Notes: generated by a model from the sequence alone, not told the origin. DNA of 60,955 bases from Bacteroidia bacterium (GCA_033763015.1 JANRLA010000031.1:1-60955), one strand, 5' to 3'; positions 17,242 to 26,671 are shown, counted from the first letter of the stretch. Translations and numbers: made by a program.

Positions 17242-18051
17242 ATGAACAACCTACTGAGCGGGAAAACCGGCATCATCACCGGCGCACTCGACGAATCTTC
17301 GATCGCCTGGCAGGTAGCCCTCAAGGCCCATGCCCAGGGCGCACGCATTTTGCTGACCAACGCCCCGGTGGCGATGCGCATGGGCGCCATCCGCGAGCTG
17401 GCCCAGACGATTGGGGCCGAAGTGGTGCCCGCCGATGCCACGAGCCTGGAAGACATTGGCAAGCTCTACGACGCGGCCGAGGCCCAGTTTGGCAAGATTG
17501 ACTTCCTCTTGCATTCCATCGGCATGTCGCTCAACGTGCGCAAGGGGCGCGAGTACACCGACCTGAACTACGACTTCTTGCAGAAGACGTACGATATCTC
17601 GGCTGTCTCGTTCCACAAGATGCTGCAGGTGGCCTACCAGCGGGGGCTGTTTAACCCCTGGGGTAGCATTGTGGGGCTGACCTACATCGCGGCCCAGCGT
17701 ACGTTCCCGAAGTACAACGATATGTCGGAGAGCAAGGCCCTGATTGAGAGCATGGCCCGCACGTTCGGCTACTACTACGCCAAGAAGTACCAGGTACGGG
17801 TGAATACCGTAAGCCAGAGCCCTACGCCCACCACGGCAGGCTCGGGTGTGGCGGGTTTCGATGCCATGCTCAAGTACGGCGAGGCCATGAGCCCACTGGG
17901 TAACGCCACGGCCGCCGAATGCGCCGACTACGTGATTACCCTCTTCAGCGACCTGACGCGCAAGGTGACGATGCAGAACCTGTACCACGACGGGGGCTTT
18001 TCGGCCACCGGTGTAAGCGAGGAGGTCTTGGCGGCCTTTGGCGAGGGCTAG
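17242..18051 (+). CDS. fabI: enoyl-[acyl-carrier-protein] reductase (FabI type)
   Basis: MNNLLSGKTGIITGALDESSIAW N-terminus and an SDR fold. ORF 16876..18051 trimmed to the ATG at 17242. The upstream part overlaps the OmpA tail out of frame. Confidence 0.9.
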   Translation: MNNLLSGKTGIITGALDESSIAWQVALKAHAQGARILLTNAPVAMRMGAIRELAQTIGAEVVPADATSLEDIGKLYDAAEAQFGKIDFLLHSIGMSLNVRKGREYTDLNYDFLQKTYDISAVSFHKMLQVAYQRGLFNPWGSIVGLTYIAAQRTFPKYNDMSESKALIESMARTFGYYYAKKYQVRVNTVSQSPTPTTAGSGVAGFDAMLKYGEAMSPLGNATAAECADYVITLFSDLTRKVTMQNLYHDGGFSATGVSEEVLAAFGEG

Positions 18052-18055
18052 CACG

Positions 18056-19408
18056 GTGAGTGGTTTCGACCCCCTGCTGGCGATTTCGCCGCTCGACGGC
18101 CGGTACCGGTCGGTGACCGAGCCGCTGGCCGATTACTTCTCAGAGTTCGCCCTCATCCGGGCGCGGCTGTGGGTCGAGTGCCAGTATTACCTGGCCCTGG
18201 CCGAGGTGGTGCCCCAGCTGCAGGGCCTATCCGAAGACGTGCGGGCAGTGTTTGAGCTCCTGCCCCAGGAGTTTGGCCTTGCCCAGGCCCAGGCGGTCAA
18301 AGCCCACGAGCAGACCACCCGGCACGATGTGAAGGCCCTGGAGTACTTTATGAAAGACCAGCTCGCGCGGCTGGCCTTCTACCAGGCGGCCCCACAGCTG
18401 CTCGAGTTCATCCACTTTGGCCTTACCAGCCAAGACATCAACAACACAGCGACACCCCACCTGCTCAAGGGTGCCATCGTAGGGTGCTACCTGCCCCGCC
18501 TCGATGCCGTGCTGGGTCAGCTAAACTCAATGGCTCAACGGTACGCGGCCCTACCCATGCTGGCCCGCACCCACGGGCAGCCTGCCAGCCCCACCACGCT
18601 GGGCAAAGAGCTGGCCGTGTTTGCCAGCCGCCTAGCCACCCAGCGCGCTTCGCTCGTTGCGTTGCCCTATCCGGCCAAGTTTGGCGGGGCCACTGGGGGC
18701 TTCAACGCCCATTATGCGGCCTACCCGGGGGTAGATTGGCAGGCCTTTGCCGACCGCTTCGTGGCACGCCTGGGCCTACAGCGCAGCCGCCCCACGACTC
18801 AGATTGAGCACTACGACGGTCTGGCGGCGATCTTCGACAACCTCAGGCGCATCAACGTCATCTTGATCGACCTGGCGCGCGACGTATGGCAGTACATCGC
18901 ACTGGGGTACTTCCGCCAGCCGACCGTGGCGGGCGAAATCGGCTCTTCGGCCATGCCGCACAAGGTGAACCCCATCGACTTTGAGAATGCCGAGGGCAAC
19001 CTGGGCCTGGCCAATGCCTTGCTGGACCACCTGAGCAACAAACTGCCCATCTCACGCTTGCAGCGCGACCTCACCGACAGCACCGTGCTCCGCAACCTGG
19101 GGGTGCCCCTGGGCCACACCTACCTCGCACTGCGCAACCTGGAGGTGGGCCTGGGCAAGCTGGCGGTAAACGAGGCGCGGCTCCACGAAGACCTTGAGGC
19201 CAACTGGGCGGTTGTCGCCGAGGGGATACAGACCATTCTGCGGCGCGAGGGCTACCCCAAACCCTACGAGGCGCTGCTGGCGCTCACCCGCGGCGCGGTG
19301 GTCGACCAGGCGGCTATTTCGGCCTTTATTGATGGGCTCGAGGTGCCCCCTGGGGTCAAGGCCGAGCTTAGGGCCCTCACGCCCTTTACCTACCTGGGCC
19401 GGGCCTAG
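18056..19408 (+). CDS. purB: adenylosuccinate lyase
   Basis: SPLDGRY N-terminal motif and the fumarate-lyase signature GSSAMPHKVNP. The GTG at 18056 gives an N-terminus of canonical length. The TTG at 18038 would overlap fabI. Confidence 0.92.
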   Translation: MSGFDPLLAISPLDGRYRSVTEPLADYFSEFALIRARLWVECQYYLALAEVVPQLQGLSEDVRAVFELLPQEFGLAQAQAVKAHEQTTRHDVKALEYFMKDQLARLAFYQAAPQLLEFIHFGLTSQDINNTATPHLLKGAIVGCYLPRLDAVLGQLNSMAQRYAALPMLARTHGQPASPTTLGKELAVFASRLATQRASLVALPYPAKFGGATGGFNAHYAAYPGVDWQAFADRFVARLGLQRSRPTTQIEHYDGLAAIFDNLRRINVILIDLARDVWQYIALGYFRQPTVAGEIGSSAMPHKVNPIDFENAEGNLGLANALLDHLSNKLPISRLQRDLTDSTVLRNLGVPLGHTYLALRNLEVGLGKLAVNEARLHEDLEANWAVVAEGIQTILRREGYPKPYEALLALTRGAVVDQAAISAFIDGLEVPPGVKAELRALTPFTYLGRA

Positions 19409-19418
19409 CGCTACCGCC

Positions 19419-20876
19419 GTGGCCAGCCCCCCCGATGCCATCAGTCTGGCCGCACGGTTTGTGCGGGCCCTGGGCTTTGAGCCCACCCACGACCAACGCC
19501 GGGCGTTCGAGGCTGTGGCGCGGCTGCTGCTCACCCAAGAGGCCGGGGCCTGCCTGGTGCTGCAAGGGGCCGCCGGTACGGGCAAAACCAGCCTTCTGAA
19601 AGCCGTGGTGGCCGTGCTCTACGAGCTCGAGGCCCACGTGGTGCTCATGGCGCCCACCGGCCGGGCGGCCAAGGTGCTCGCGGGGCGCACGGGGCAGGAG
19701 GCCAGCACGCTGCACAAAGTCATTTACGATACCGAGACCAGCCTATCGGGCAGTGTGCGCTACCGCCCCCGGCGCAACAGCGACCCCCAAGACGCGGTGT
19801 ACATCGTAGACGAAGCCTCGATGATTGGCGAGGACCGGGGCGAAAGCGGCGGCAGCCTGCTGCACGACCTGGTGGGGTATGTGTACGGCGAAGAACCTGG
19901 CCGGAAACTCATCTTTCTGGGCGACCCCTACCAGCTACCCCCCGTTGGTGCCCCCGATTCGCCCGCGTTGGCCGTGAGCTACCTGCGGCGCAACTACGGG
20001 TTGGTGGCCGGGAAGGTGCAGCTTACCGAGGTGCGCCGCCAGGGTGTGGGCTCGGGCATCTTGCAGGTAGCTACGGCCCTGCGCGAGGCCCAAGACCGGG
20101 TGCGCGAGGCCGGCGAGGTAGGGCCGCTGCCCACCGTACCGCACCTGCCCGATGTGCTGGCCCTGCCCGATACCCAGGCGGTGGTTGATACGTTTTTAGA
20201 GCGCTACGACCCCGACGACCCCGACAGCGTGGTTGCGGTGTGCTACAGCAACGGCATCGCGGCCCAGTTAAACGCCGCCATCCGCCAACGGCTCTACGAC
20301 GACCCCGAGCCGCTGGTGAAAGGCGACCGGGTCATGGTCGTAAAGAACTTTTACCGGCAGTCGTTTCACGCCCTGCCTTTCATTGCGAACGGCGACATGG
20401 GGCTCGTCACCCGCACCTTCCCCGAAACGGCCGACGAGAAGTTTGGCCAGCGCTGGTTAGAGGCGTTGGTCGCGTTCCAGGAGCCCAGTGGCCGGGTGGT
20501 CGACCTTTCGGCCACCGTGCCTACCTCGTTGCTGCTGGGTAAAGCCCCCAACCTGACCAGCGCCGAGCTGAAAGCTATCTGGGACGGGCGGCTCGAAGAA
20601 CTGGCCCGGGCATCGGACAAGAAGCCCGACCGCAAAGACCTGAAGGCCGACCCCTACCTCGGGGCATTGCAACTCAAATTCGGGTACGCCATCACGGGCC
20701 ACAAGGCCCAGGGCGGCCAGTGGCGTACCGTCATCGTGGTCTTTGAACCCTACCTGGTGAACCGACACCTGGCCGAAGATCCCGTGGGCTTCTTGCGCTG
20801 GAGCTACACGGCCCTTACCCGTGCCAGCGAGGTGCTGTACCTCTACAACAGCCCTTTTGGCGCAGTGGGAACTTAG
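19419..20876 (+). CDS. RecD-like (AAA_30 / UvrD_C_2) ATP-dependent DNA helicase
   Basis: Walker A GAAGTGKTS, Walker B YIVDEASMIG, and C-terminal GYAITGHKAQGGQW and YTALTRASEVLYLY. There is no in-frame ATG after the purB stop, so the GTG at 19419 is proposed. Confidence 0.8.
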   Translation: MASPPDAISLAARFVRALGFEPTHDQRRAFEAVARLLLTQEAGACLVLQGAAGTGKTSLLKAVVAVLYELEAHVVLMAPTGRAAKVLAGRTGQEASTLHKVIYDTETSLSGSVRYRPRRNSDPQDAVYIVDEASMIGEDRGESGGSLLHDLVGYVYGEEPGRKLIFLGDPYQLPPVGAPDSPALAVSYLRRNYGLVAGKVQLTEVRRQGVGSGILQVATALREAQDRVREAGEVGPLPTVPHLPDVLALPDTQAVVDTFLERYDPDDPDSVVAVCYSNGIAAQLNAAIRQRLYDDPEPLVKGDRVMVVKNFYRQSFHALPFIANGDMGLVTRTFPETADEKFGQRWLEALVAFQEPSGRVVDLSATVPTSLLLGKAPNLTSAELKAIWDGRLEELARASDKKPDRKDLKADPYLGALQLKFGYAITGHKAQGGQWRTVIVVFEPYLVNRHLAEDPVGFLRWSYTALTRASEVLYLYNSPFGAVGT

Positions 20877-20902
20877 CCAAGAATTCGATAGTTTTGCTAT
20901 TG

Positions 20903-21169
20903 ATGTCGCTGGCAAAGCTATTGGCACTCGTTGCGGTGGTACTCATTGGGGGGCACGCAGTTGCGGCCGACCCCGTGGCCCACGTGCCCGCCGAAGACGT
21001 GCGTGTAGAGTTGGCCGAGGCGAGTGAGCCCTTCGTTGCGCCAGGCGGCGCAACCCTGGCGCTACTGGTGCCTTCGGTTGGCGACCGTGTGGTGGGGTTC
21101 TTGCCCAGCACCTACCGCTATTGCTTTGCGCATCGGCTGTTACGACCGCCCTGTCTCGAGGTGTGCTAA
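20903..21169 (+). CDS. small hypothetical secreted protein (88 aa)
   Basis: Signal-like MSLAKLLALVAVVLIGGHAVAA. A TAGTTTTG -7 box at 20889..20896 lies immediately upstream. There is no homology clue. Confidence 0.3.
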   Translation: MSLAKLLALVAVVLIGGHAVAADPVAHVPAEDVRVELAEASEPFVAPGGATLALLVPSVGDRVVGFLPSTYRYCFAHRLLRPPCLEVC

Positions 21170-21205
21170 CCGGTTAGGTTTTCACGTAAGCAACGGAGGT
21201 CACCC

Positions 21206-21319
21206 ATGAACGTCAGGTACAAACGGCTGGCCCGGTACACCTGGTCGCTGCTGAGCATCCTTACCCTTGGGGTATTGGCGCAGGCGGCCCTGTTCCGGTA
21301 CATCGCCAGCCACAATTAG
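21206..21319 (+). CDS. possible 37-aa membrane peptide
   Basis: MNVRYKRLARYTWSLLSILTLGVLAQAALFRYIASHN has one TM helix and is followed by a terminator hairpin. It is below the ORF-track size cut-off. Confidence 0.2.
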   Translation: MNVRYKRLARYTWSLLSILTLGVLAQAALFRYIASHN

Positions 21320-21328
21320 TGTCTCATA

Positions 21329-21351
21329 ACGCAAGCGGGTTGCGTGTTTTT
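21329..21351 (+). terminator. rho-independent terminator
   Basis: ACGCAA-GCGGG-TTGCGT followed by GTTTTT. Confidence 0.45.
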
Positions 21352-21425
21352 ACGAATGCAAGCCCCGGTACAGGGTTACCCCGTGGTAGCAAGGCTATTG
21401 CCCTGTATACGGGCACCATTTTTCG

Positions 21426-22157
21426 CTAGGTGCTCCATTTCGCCAGTACTTTGAGTACGGCGGCAAAGTGATCGGGTAGGGGCGCTTCGGCGGTCATCTC
21501 GGCCCCGGTGCTAGGGTGATGAAATGTTAGCGACGTGGCATGGAGCAAAAAGCCGTGGTTGAGCGGCGCCTCGTCGTACCGATCGCCTTTGTATCCTTTT
21601 TTAAAGTCCGAGAGCTTCAGGTCGGTGCCCCCGTACAGTGTATCGCCTACGAGCGGGTGGCCCATAAACGCCGCGTGTACCCGTATCTGGTGGCTGCGGC
21701 CGGTGATGGGTTTGGCGGCGACGAGTGTAACGGTGGGGTAGGTGGCTTCGAGGCGAAAGCGCGTCTCGGCGGGTTTGCCTGTTTTAAAATCAGCGCGGAC
21801 GATGCCCTTGGGGTTTACGGCCAGCGGCGCGGTAATGGCTACCCCATCGCCCACGGGCGGGTGCCCGTTGAGTAGGGCCCAGTACACCTTGACGACCACC
21901 CGTTTTTCGAACTGCTGGGTGAGGGCGCGGTAGGCGTCGGGGGTTTTGGCGAAGAGCAGGGCGCCGGTGGTCTGTTTGTCGAGCCGGTGGCACACCTGCA
22001 GGGAGGGGCAGTAGGCCCGGCCCAGGTCGAGTAGGTTGGGTTCGTTGCCCGTGCGCTCGGCGAGCGTTGAGATGCCAGCAGGTTTGGCCAGGACCAGGAG
22101 GTCGGTGTCTTCTACCAGAATGTTCGCTGCAAAGCGGAAGGGGCCGTGTTTACTCAC
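21426..22157 (-). CDS. RluA-family pseudouridine synthase
   Basis: LVLAKPAGIS, the catalytic HRLDKQTTGALLFAK motif, and GRSHQIRVH. The GTG at 22157 lies just after the upstream stop. Confidence 0.85.
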   Translation of the reverse strand: MSKHGPFRFAANILVEDTDLLVLAKPAGISTLAERTGNEPNLLDLGRAYCPSLQVCHRLDKQTTGALLFAKTPDAYRALTQQFEKRVVVKVYWALLNGHPPVGDGVAITAPLAVNPKGIVRADFKTGKPAETRFRLEATYPTVTLVAAKPITGRSHQIRVHAAFMGHPLVGDTLYGGTDLKLSDFKKGYKGDRYDEAPLNHGFLLHATSLTFHHPSTGAEMTAEAPLPDHFAAVLKVLAKWST

Positions 22158-22159
22158 CC

Positions 22160-22912
22160 TTACCCCTCCAGCGCCTGGTAGGCGCCGATAACCCATTCGT
22201 GGCGGCGCAGTTCGGCCATGCGTACCCGGTAGTCGGGCAGTACGTCTTCGACCAGGGCCCAGAACCGTGGCGAGTGGTTCATCTCTTTTAGGTGCATGAA
22301 CTCGTGAACAATGACGTAGTCGATGAGCGACTTGTCGAGCAGAATGAGGTACCAGTTCAGGTTGATGTTACGCCGACTGCTGCAGCTGCCCCATTTGCTG
22401 CGGTGATCCTTTATCCGTACATCGTTGTAGCGCAGCTTGAGCACCTGGCTCCAGTAGCCTACCCGGTTCTCGAGGTAGTGCTTGGCGTACGCCTTGAGCA
22501 CGGCAAGTGTACAGGTGGCACGCCGGTTGGCGTGTTCGGGTGTGAGGGTGATGTGCAGCTGCCCGTCGTGGTAGCGGAAGTAGAGGGTATGCCCTACCTC
22601 GAACTTGATGGGCGTAGGCTTGCCGAAAAGCAGGGTTTCGTGCGTGGCGTGGTTGAGCAGGTAGGCCTGCTGGGTTTCGCGGCGCTGCTGCAGAAGGTAG
22701 CTGCGCTTGATCCAGCGGCTCCGGGCGCGCAGGAACGTGGTGCCCGGCTCGGTGAGGCTACCCGAGGGCGTTTCGAGCCACATGCGGCTGCCCTCGAACC
22801 CAATGCGTAGTTTCCCCTGCCGGCCCTTGCGGACCTGGAGTGGGATGCGCACGGCATCGATGTGAACTTGGCCCGGCAATAGCTGAAAGCCGGTAGTGGG
22901 TTGCATGCCCAA
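22160..22912 (-). CDS. YgjP-like (DUF45 / M48-type) metal-dependent hydrolase
   Basis: HEFMHLKEMNHSPRFW zinc-binding HExxH motif near the C-terminus. Confidence 0.8.
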   Translation of the reverse strand: MGMQPTTGFQLLPGQVHIDAVRIPLQVRKGRQGKLRIGFEGSRMWLETPSGSLTEPGTTFLRARSRWIKRSYLLQQRRETQQAYLLNHATHETLLFGKPTPIKFEVGHTLYFRYHDGQLHITLTPEHANRRATCTLAVLKAYAKHYLENRVGYWSQVLKLRYNDVRIKDHRSKWGSCSSRRNINLNWYLILLDKSLIDYVIVHEFMHLKEMNHSPRFWALVEDVLPDYRVRMAELRRHEWVIGAYQALEG

Positions 22913-23294
22913 GTGGTAGATTAAGTTATACGACAGCCCAAAGTTCTGGCCTTAATGTACAACCACGACACGTTGTTCACAATTGCAGCACCACACGCTC
23001 TAGTGGTGGATAGCATCCTGCGGGAAAAATGATACCCGAGGTAAACTATGTTCACTCTGGAACTCATTCATTTTTTGCCTAACGTAATGATTGTAAGCAG
23101 CTTACGTGACTACCTGGTAACCGGCTGGCATAACAAAGAGTTCATACGCCCGGCCAATTAATTAACATATCAAGGGTGCTCCTGTAGCATGTGCGGGTGG
23201 CTGTTGGCGCCAAGTGGCGCCCGGCGGGCCCCTGTGCCTAACTTGCCCTTCGATGCCCACCCCCGACCGTGGCACCCAGGCGCACGCCCAGCAA

Positions 23295-24215
23295 ATGCGC
23301 CAGTATATGAATCCTGTGGTGGTCTCAAAGATCCAACACATGGAGATGCGGGCCCGCTTGATTGTAGAGGGCTTTTTGACGGGTTTGCACAAAAGCCCCT
23401 ACCACGGGTTTTCGGTCGAGTTTGCCGAGCACCGCGCCTACAACCCCGGCGAATCGCTGCGCGCCATTGACTGGAAAGTGTACGGGCGCACCGAAAAGCT
23501 CTACACCAAGCGCTTTGAGGAGGAAACCAACCTGCGCTGCTACGTGGTGCTCGATACCTCCGATAGCATGCGCTACCCCCTTACGGGCATGAGTAAGCTG
23601 GTGTACGGGGCCAACCTGATGGGGGCGCTGGGGTACTTAATGGTTAAGCAGCGCGACGCGGTGGGCCTGTGCCTCTTCGATACGACCCTGCACACGTACC
23701 TGCCCCCGAAGGCGACGCGCTCGTGGCTGTACCGCATTTTCCAGTCGCTCCAGCAGACCATCGACCAGGCCGAGCGCTTTACCCACCAAACGGCCACGGC
23801 CCAGGTGCTGCACACCCTGAGCCAGAAACTCCACCCCCGCTCGCTGGTCGTGATCTTGAGCGACCTGTTTGGCGACCCTGCCCAGCTCGATGCGCTCTTC
23901 CCGGCCCTGCAGCGGCTGCGGCACATGAGGCACGAGGTGCTCATCTTCCAGATGCTCGAGCCGCATACCGAGGCCCAGTTCGAGTTTGCCAACCAGCCAC
24001 TCATCCTGCAAGACCTTGAAACAGGCGAGCGGCTGAAAGTGAACCCCGAAACGATCCGCACCCGGTACCAGGCCTATTTCGAGGCCTACCAGCGCCAGCT
24101 GCACCGCCGCTGCCGCGAACTCAACATCGAGCTCATCGAGCTCGATGTTAACCAACCGTTCGACAAGGCTCTTACCGATTACCTGCGCAAGCGTAGCCAC
24201 ATCCGCCGCGCCTAA
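23295..24215 (+). CDS. DUF58 (vWA-like) protein
   Basis: YHGFSVEFAEHRAYNPGESLRAIDWKVYGRTEKLYTKRFEEE is the canonical DUF58 core, and VVLDTSDSM is a vWA-like MIDAS remnant. The start could be the ATG at 23295 or 23307. Confidence 0.8.
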   Translation: MRQYMNPVVVSKIQHMEMRARLIVEGFLTGLHKSPYHGFSVEFAEHRAYNPGESLRAIDWKVYGRTEKLYTKRFEEETNLRCYVVLDTSDSMRYPLTGMSKLVYGANLMGALGYLMVKQRDAVGLCLFDTTLHTYLPPKATRSWLYRIFQSLQQTIDQAERFTHQTATAQVLHTLSQKLHPRSLVVILSDLFGDPAQLDALFPALQRLRHMRHEVLIFQMLEPHTEAQFEFANQPLILQDLETGERLKVNPETIRTRYQAYFEAYQRQLHRRCRELNIELIELDVNQPFDKALTDYLRKRSHIRRA

Positions 24216-24219
24216 CCCC

Positions 24220-24993
24220 ATGCTCTGGAGTCGACAGTGCCCCGGCAAGCTCAACCTGGGGCTTTTTATTACCGGCAAACGCGACGACGGCTATCACCTG
24301 CTCGAAACGGTGTTTTACCCGGCGCCCATTGCCGATACCCTTACCCTGGAAGAAGTGCCCGGGGCTGCAGCTGAGCTAACCCTGACGGGGCTGGCGCTGC
24401 CAGCCGATGGTCGGCCGAACCTTTGCCAGCGGGCCTGGCAGGCGGTGCGCGACCTGCGGCCTACGCTGCCAGGTGTGCACATTCGGCTGGAAAAGCGCAT
24501 CCCGCCGGGCACTGGGCTCGGCGGCGGCTCGTCGGATGCCGCGCAGACGCTGCTGGGCCTCGACGCGCTGTTTGACCTGCACCTGACCCCTGCCGAGCTC
24601 CACTCCCTCGCCGTGGGTCTGGGCGCCGATGTGCCCTACTTCTTAGAAGGCGGTGCCTGCTTTGCTACCGGCATAGGCGAGTGGCTGCTGCCGATAGACC
24701 TCGACCTCACGGGCTACCGCATCGAGCTGGTACTGCCGGGGGTGCATTCCGACACCCGCACGGCCTACGCCGATTTGCTGCCCAGCGACTTTACCCCGGC
24801 CCCCGGCCTTCACCAAGCTATCTGGCAACCGGTAACCGCCTGGCGCGGGCTACTTACCAACGCCTTTGAGCGCGGTGTCTTTGCGCGGTACCCTGCCCTG
24901 GCGGCCGCCAAAGAGGCCCTCTACGCACGCGGTGCCCTCTACGCCAGCCTGAGCGGCAGCGGGAGCGCCCTGTACGGTATTTTCGAGGCGTGA
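24220..24993 (+). CDS. ispE: 4-diphosphocytidyl-2-C-methyl-D-erythritol kinase
   Basis: PGKLNLGLFITGKRDDGYH and the GHMP-kinase motif PPGTGLGGGSSDAA. Confidence 0.9.
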   Translation: MLWSRQCPGKLNLGLFITGKRDDGYHLLETVFYPAPIADTLTLEEVPGAAAELTLTGLALPADGRPNLCQRAWQAVRDLRPTLPGVHIRLEKRIPPGTGLGGGSSDAAQTLLGLDALFDLHLTPAELHSLAVGLGADVPYFLEGGACFATGIGEWLLPIDLDLTGYRIELVLPGVHSDTRTAYADLLPSDFTPAPGLHQAIWQPVTAWRGLLTNAFERGVFARYPALAAAKEALYARGALYASLSGSGSALYGIFEA

Positions 24994-26576
24994 GCACACC
25001 CACTGTCCCCCTGCTAGAGGTCGAGGCGCTACGGGTGGACTACGGCGCGGTCTGTGCGCTTGAGGGGCTCTCACTACAGGTGCATGCAGGCCAGGTAGTG
25101 GCGTTGGTCGGCGAAAGCGGCAGTGGCAAGAGCACGGCTGCCCTGAGTTTGCCCGGCCTGTTGCCGCCCACGGCTCGGGTGACTGGCGAGGCACGGTTTC
25201 GGTTTTCGCCCTCGGCGCCGCCGTGCGAGCTTATCTCACTGCCCGAGGCCCAGCGGCGGGCGCTGCGCGGGCGGCACCTGGGGGTAGTGTTCCAGGAGCC
25301 CCTCTCGGCCCTTAACCCGGTACAACGGGTGGGCCACCAGGTGGCCGAGGTCATCCGCCGGCACCTCCACGTTACGAAGCACGAAGCCCTGGCCCAGACC
25401 CAGGTGCTGTTTGAGCGGGTGGGCCTCCCGTCCCCTACCGAGATGCTGGGCCGCTACCCCCACGAGCTCTCGGGCGGGCAGCGTCAGCGCGTGGTCATTG
25501 CCCAGGCCATTGCCTGCAACCCCGCCCTGGTGGTGGCCGACGAGCCGACCACGGCGCTCGACCCAACCGTGCAGCGCAAGGTGCTCGAGCTCTTGGTGGC
25601 ACTGCAGGCCGAGGCAGGCTTTGGGTTGCTGCTCGTAACGCACGACCTGGGCATTGTGGCTGCTCTGGCGCACCAAGTGGTGGTGCTTTGCCGGGGCCAG
25701 GTGGTAGAATCGGGCGCGCCTAGCCAGGTGTTTACCCAGCCCAGCCAGCCCTACACCCGGCAACTGGTGGGGTTGCGCCGTGCCCTGGAGGCCGCCGACC
25801 CCCGGCCCACCGAAACCCGCGGGCCCACGGCCCCGCTGGTTTCGGTACGCAACCTGACGGTACACTACCGCCGCGCCGGTGCGGCAAGGCCCGCCCTCGA
25901 CGACGTGTCGTTCGAGCTCTACCCCGGAGAAACGCTGGGCATCGTTGGCGAAAGCGGCAGTGGCAAAAGCACGCTGGCTTCGGTGCTCGTGGGCCTGCAA
26001 CGGCCAACGCGTGGCACCGTAGCCTGGGCACCAGCGGGGCCCCAGCCCAGGGCTCGGACGGTTCAGTTGGTGTTCCAAGACCCGTTTGCCGCACTAACGC
26101 CCACCTACACGCTGGGCCAGGCGTTTGGTGAGGTCTTGCGGGTGCACGGCGTGAGGTCTCGCGCCGAGCGCGCCGAACGGGCCGCGGCGGCGGTGCGCCA
26201 GGTAGAGCTGCCTGACGACAGCTTGGCCCGCTACCCACACCAGTTTTCGGGTGGCCAGCGCCAGCGCCTGTGCATTGCCCGTGCGCTACTGCTGGCGCCC
26301 GCTGTGCTGGTGCTCGACGAGGCCCTGGCCTCGCTCGATGCCTCGGTGCAGGTATCGGTGCTCGAGCTACTTGAGCGTATCGCGGGTAACCGGCCCATCG
26401 CCTACCTATTTATCAGCCACGATCTGGCGACTGTGCGCCGGTTCTGTCATCGGGTAGGGGTGCTCTACCAGGGCAAGCTGGTGCAGCTAGGTACGCCCAC
26501 AGAGGTAGTTGGGTCGGCCCCGGCGCCCTACACCCAGACCCTCTTGGCGGCCGAGTACCGGCTGGCCACCGTGTAG
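24990..26576 (+). CDS. ABC transporter ATP-binding protein with two fused NBDs (peptide/nickel DppD-DppF type)
   Basis: Two copies each of Walker A (GESGSGKST), signature (LSGGQRQR / FSGGQRQR) and Walker B. The GTG start overlaps the ispE stop (GTGA). Confidence 0.88.
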   Translation: MSTPTVPLLEVEALRVDYGAVCALEGLSLQVHAGQVVALVGESGSGKSTAALSLPGLLPPTARVTGEARFRFSPSAPPCELISLPEAQRRALRGRHLGVVFQEPLSALNPVQRVGHQVAEVIRRHLHVTKHEALAQTQVLFERVGLPSPTEMLGRYPHELSGGQRQRVVIAQAIACNPALVVADEPTTALDPTVQRKVLELLVALQAEAGFGLLLVTHDLGIVAALAHQVVVLCRGQVVESGAPSQVFTQPSQPYTRQLVGLRRALEAADPRPTETRGPTAPLVSVRNLTVHYRRAGAARPALDDVSFELYPGETLGIVGESGSGKSTLASVLVGLQRPTRGTVAWAPAGPQPRARTVQLVFQDPFAALTPTYTLGQAFGEVLRVHGVRSRAERAERAAAAVRQVELPDDSLARYPHQFSGGQRQRLCIARALLLAPAVLVLDEALASLDASVQVSVLELLERIAGNRPIAYLFISHDLATVRRFCHRVGVLYQGKLVQLGTPTEVVGSAPAPYTQTLLAAEYRLATV

Positions 26577-26671
26577 CCATTCATTTTTGGTACCGCTGTT
26601 GGCGTAAGGGCTAAAAGAGCGCGTACTTACTGTCGCTTAGGCCCTGGGGCCTGCCACCGCCGCCCGCCGCT

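Noticed and set aside
16098-17462. 454-aa minus-strand ORF spanning the OmpA tail and the fabI start
   Set aside because: It overlaps two well-supported plus-strand genes and is Gly/Arg/Ala-rich low complexity.
19194-19418. Extension of the helicase ORF to the TTG at 19194
   Set aside because: It would overlap the last 215 nt of purB. The extension has no helicase similarity.
22913-23294. Known structured RNA (SRP RNA, tmRNA, RNase P RNA, 6S RNA, riboswitch) in the AT-rich spacer
   Set aside because: I found no conserved signature sequences or convincing extended helices by inspection. It is kept only as an unexplained spacer in the findings.
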